A stretch of 34,513 nucleotides of DNA from Mesotaenium endlicherianum. Lineage: Eukaryota. The number at the start of each line of letters is the position of its first letter. The stretch's first letter is position 1. The DNA is taken from the NCBI GenBank assembly GCA_009602735.1, contig WELA01003159.1, forward strand, positions 80,173-114,685. Direction: 5' to 3'. Below the pieces are notes generated by a model. That model did no database searches and had not been told where the DNA came from. It was given only the letters and a program-made list of their open reading frames with translations. The position numbers were made by a program, and so were the translations under genes. Below, one piece after another: positions 31,910 to 34,513 of the stretch.

Positions 31910-33540
31910 TCATAGAGCAGCTGCCGCCATGAAACTGATGCCTGAAGACAAGGACTCGAAGTTGACCGGCCTTATGACGTTCCCACCAGTTGACTCCCGG
32001 TAGACCTCAATCTGCATAACAACGCACGACATCAAGCACGCGGCCATCTGCAGTCAGTAAGACCACATCCTAATGACGACTGCACACCAACCGAGCCACG
32101 ACATAGCATATATTTAACCAATTTGAGTTGATTTGGAATCAAATGCCTGAACCAATTTTCACAACAACAACAATTGGCTCAAGACGGCTAACACCCGTTG
32201 TGAGGCAAATGCCGGGAGCATGCCATAAACACACGCCCATCGCTGACGTGGCAGTCAGCCAACAGACACACTCCAAGGGCATGGCTGACGAAGGTGGCCG
32301 TAACTCCGGCAACCATCTGCATAAACTGCCACATGACTGCTGCTATGAGAACAAAAGCACTCCCGAGCAGCGACCCCGTCACCTTCTGCACACAAATACA
32401 TCTGCACTTCACACTCGTCTGTCGCGCGCACACGACACACGCTCGCGCACACACAGACACCCACACACACGCACGCACACAACACACGCACGCGCACAAC
32501 ACACGCACGCGCACACATAGATACCCACACGCACACGTGCACACACACGCACTCATACACACATGCACATGCACACGCACACGCACACACACGCACTCAC
32601 ACACACACGCGCACACACACGCACTCTCTCTCTCTCACGCACACACATGCGCACGCGCACGCACGCACTCTAAGCTGGACCACACGCACATAACACACAG
32701 GGAAAGAGAGGGGGGTCACCAGAGGGGCTGGGTCATCTTTGTCGAGGCTGCAGAGGCCTCCCATGAGGTACAAGTCCTCTCCCAGCGCAGCGGCCGCCCC
32801 GTACGCCCGGGGCCCCGCCAGGCTTGGCGCCTGCCCCACACACGGGAACGCGCAACGAATCACAGCAGGTCACACATGAGAGAGTCGAGGAGCGCAGGTG
32901 TCATTGTTGCAAGCTGCTGCTGTCGCTAAGCGGATCCCTACCCGGCGAGAGCTTGCACTTAGCAGCTGTATTGTTGGCTGCGGGCCTCATGATCAGGCCT
33001 CATAACTTTGAGCACTGCATTTCCCTGCCTGCTCAAGCCACTGACCCCCTGGTGGGCGGGCATGACACGCATCCTCCAGGTCCGCCATTCAGGTTCAAGG
33101 TGCCAAGGTTATAGGCGGAGCACGGACGGGCACAGACACACACACGCCCATGCACGCGCGCACGAAGCCTGCGAGCGATGCTCGAGGCGGAGACGCTCTC
33201 GGCCCAAAAATATCTGACAGCAGCAGAGCAGCAGTGGCAGCACCAGCAGCAGCAGCGCGGCGGCAGCAATAGCAGCAGCAATGGCAGCAGCAGCAGCAGC
33301 TGAGGCAATTTCCTCATGCAGGAGCACAAGACCCATGAAAATAAAGAGGGTTCAATACGCTCCCAGCTCAGAGCCCTAAGCCCAAAGCCTTGAACCTTCG
33401 CCCCAACGCCCCCAGACCCTGCCCCGTGTGCGAGGGTGGGGAGTCAGCAGCCGCCACTCACAGCATCCCACTTGTCGGCGCGGGCGTCGTAGACTTCCAC
33501 GATGTCCACCACCTCCTCCCCCGCGCCCCCCAGCGCATAC
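31910..33540 (-). CDS. Kelch-repeat protein, last three exons (5' part not visible in window)
   Basis: Exons 33540-33462 (YALGGAGEEVVDIVEVYDARADKWDA), 32830-32720 (APSLAGPRAYGAAAALGEDLYLMGG) and 32011-31910 (IEVYRE...FMAAAAL*); all GT-AG and in phase; kelch GG/Y/W signature. Confidence 0.88.
32425..32700. repeat. Degenerate (CA)/(CACG) intronic microsatellite
   Basis: Direct reading. Confidence 0.92.
33218..33300. repeat. Degenerate (CAG)n tract, intronic
   Basis: Direct reading. Confidence 0.85.
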
Positions 33541-34513
33541 CTGTCCCCCTCACCCAACATAACATTCAGCAGAGACGCACCGCCACTCAGATAAGAGCCT
33601 ACCTCGGAAATATTAGGGCTTGCATTTGGGGTTTGGATAAGTAGTGGGAGGGTCCAAGGCAATAAGCACGAGGGCGTGTGAGTGTGTGCCAATGAGTGTG
33701 AGTCTGCGTGGGTGCGTGCAAGTGCACGGCGACAGCTGTCTCGATGTCGGCAGTCTGCATGTCTGCTGCAACTCTGGCAGGCCAGGGTGTGCCGTCGCTT
33801 CAGGGGTAAGCATAAAGCTTGCATCCCGCTACCACATCTGTCAAACTTCTATGGACGGCAGAGCACAGCAGCAGACAGGTGGTGGAGCAGCAGCACACGA
33901 CGTCGGCTCCGGCCGCGTGTGCACGCTGCCGCCGCCACATGTCACGATCGGCTCATCGCGAGCAGCAGGACCTTCGCGCTTTTCCCTTTTCCTCCTCTAC
34001 AAGCAAAACCTCTATAAAACGCCAACGACCCTCCCAGCTACGACACGCCAGATTCCATTCTACGACTTGTCGCAACTCGTTACGACTTGCCACAATTCGT
34101 CAATGACCCAAGCAGCGACAGCAGGCGACAGAGGAGAGAACCCCTCGCCGCGTGTGCGTGCTTCCTCCCCTGCTGGCCGGAGCAGCCCCCCCCCGAGCAC
34201 AACCCTCTATATAGCGACACGACATGCCGGCGGTTCCTAGGCCACTGCCTCGCAAGCCCCTGAACAGAACCCGGGCTTCCAGCTTTCGTCGACCGCAAGC
34301 CCGTCGAGCGTCAGCCCGCAGCGCGCACATGCGGACCCAGTGCTCTAAATGCTGAAGTCCAAACCCCACATTCTGAGCGTCGAAGGAGTTAAGGTTTGAA
34401 CAGAAGACCGGGAAGCAGCAGCAGCAGCTGCTCAACAGCACGGGGCTTGTGCAAGGCCCAAGAATAACAACATGAAGACGTTTTACACCCCCCCCCGAAA
34501 CACCCCCCCCCAC

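Overview
Intron-rich eukaryotic DNA with four assembly gaps and many microsatellites; the plant-type genes suggest a streptophyte alga or early-diverging plant (inference). Host genes reconstructed from GT-AG junctions with consistent phases: the 5' exons of a MAP-kinase-like gene (-), a small Sel1-like-repeat protein (+), an OTU deubiquitinase with UBA-like and SEC-C motifs (-), a ZNF511-like C2H2 protein (+), and the last exons of a kelch-repeat protein (-). The centrepiece is a Ty3/gypsy chromovirus on the - strand (7010-14682). It has a complete 719-bp 5' LTR, a tRNA-iMet PBS, intact gag and pol joined by a -1 frameshift signal (U UUA AAA plus a 10-bp hairpin), and a chromodomain integrase. 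Unusually, a third sense ORF of 462 aa sits in the env position. It is preceded by a TACTAAC branch point and an AG acceptor, and a perfect GTAAGT donor lies in the LTR. ORF3 has no signal or transmembrane segment, so it looks like a spliced non-Env accessory gene. The LTR also carries a phased array of CAGC-N2-GCTG palindromes. No 3' LTR is visible.
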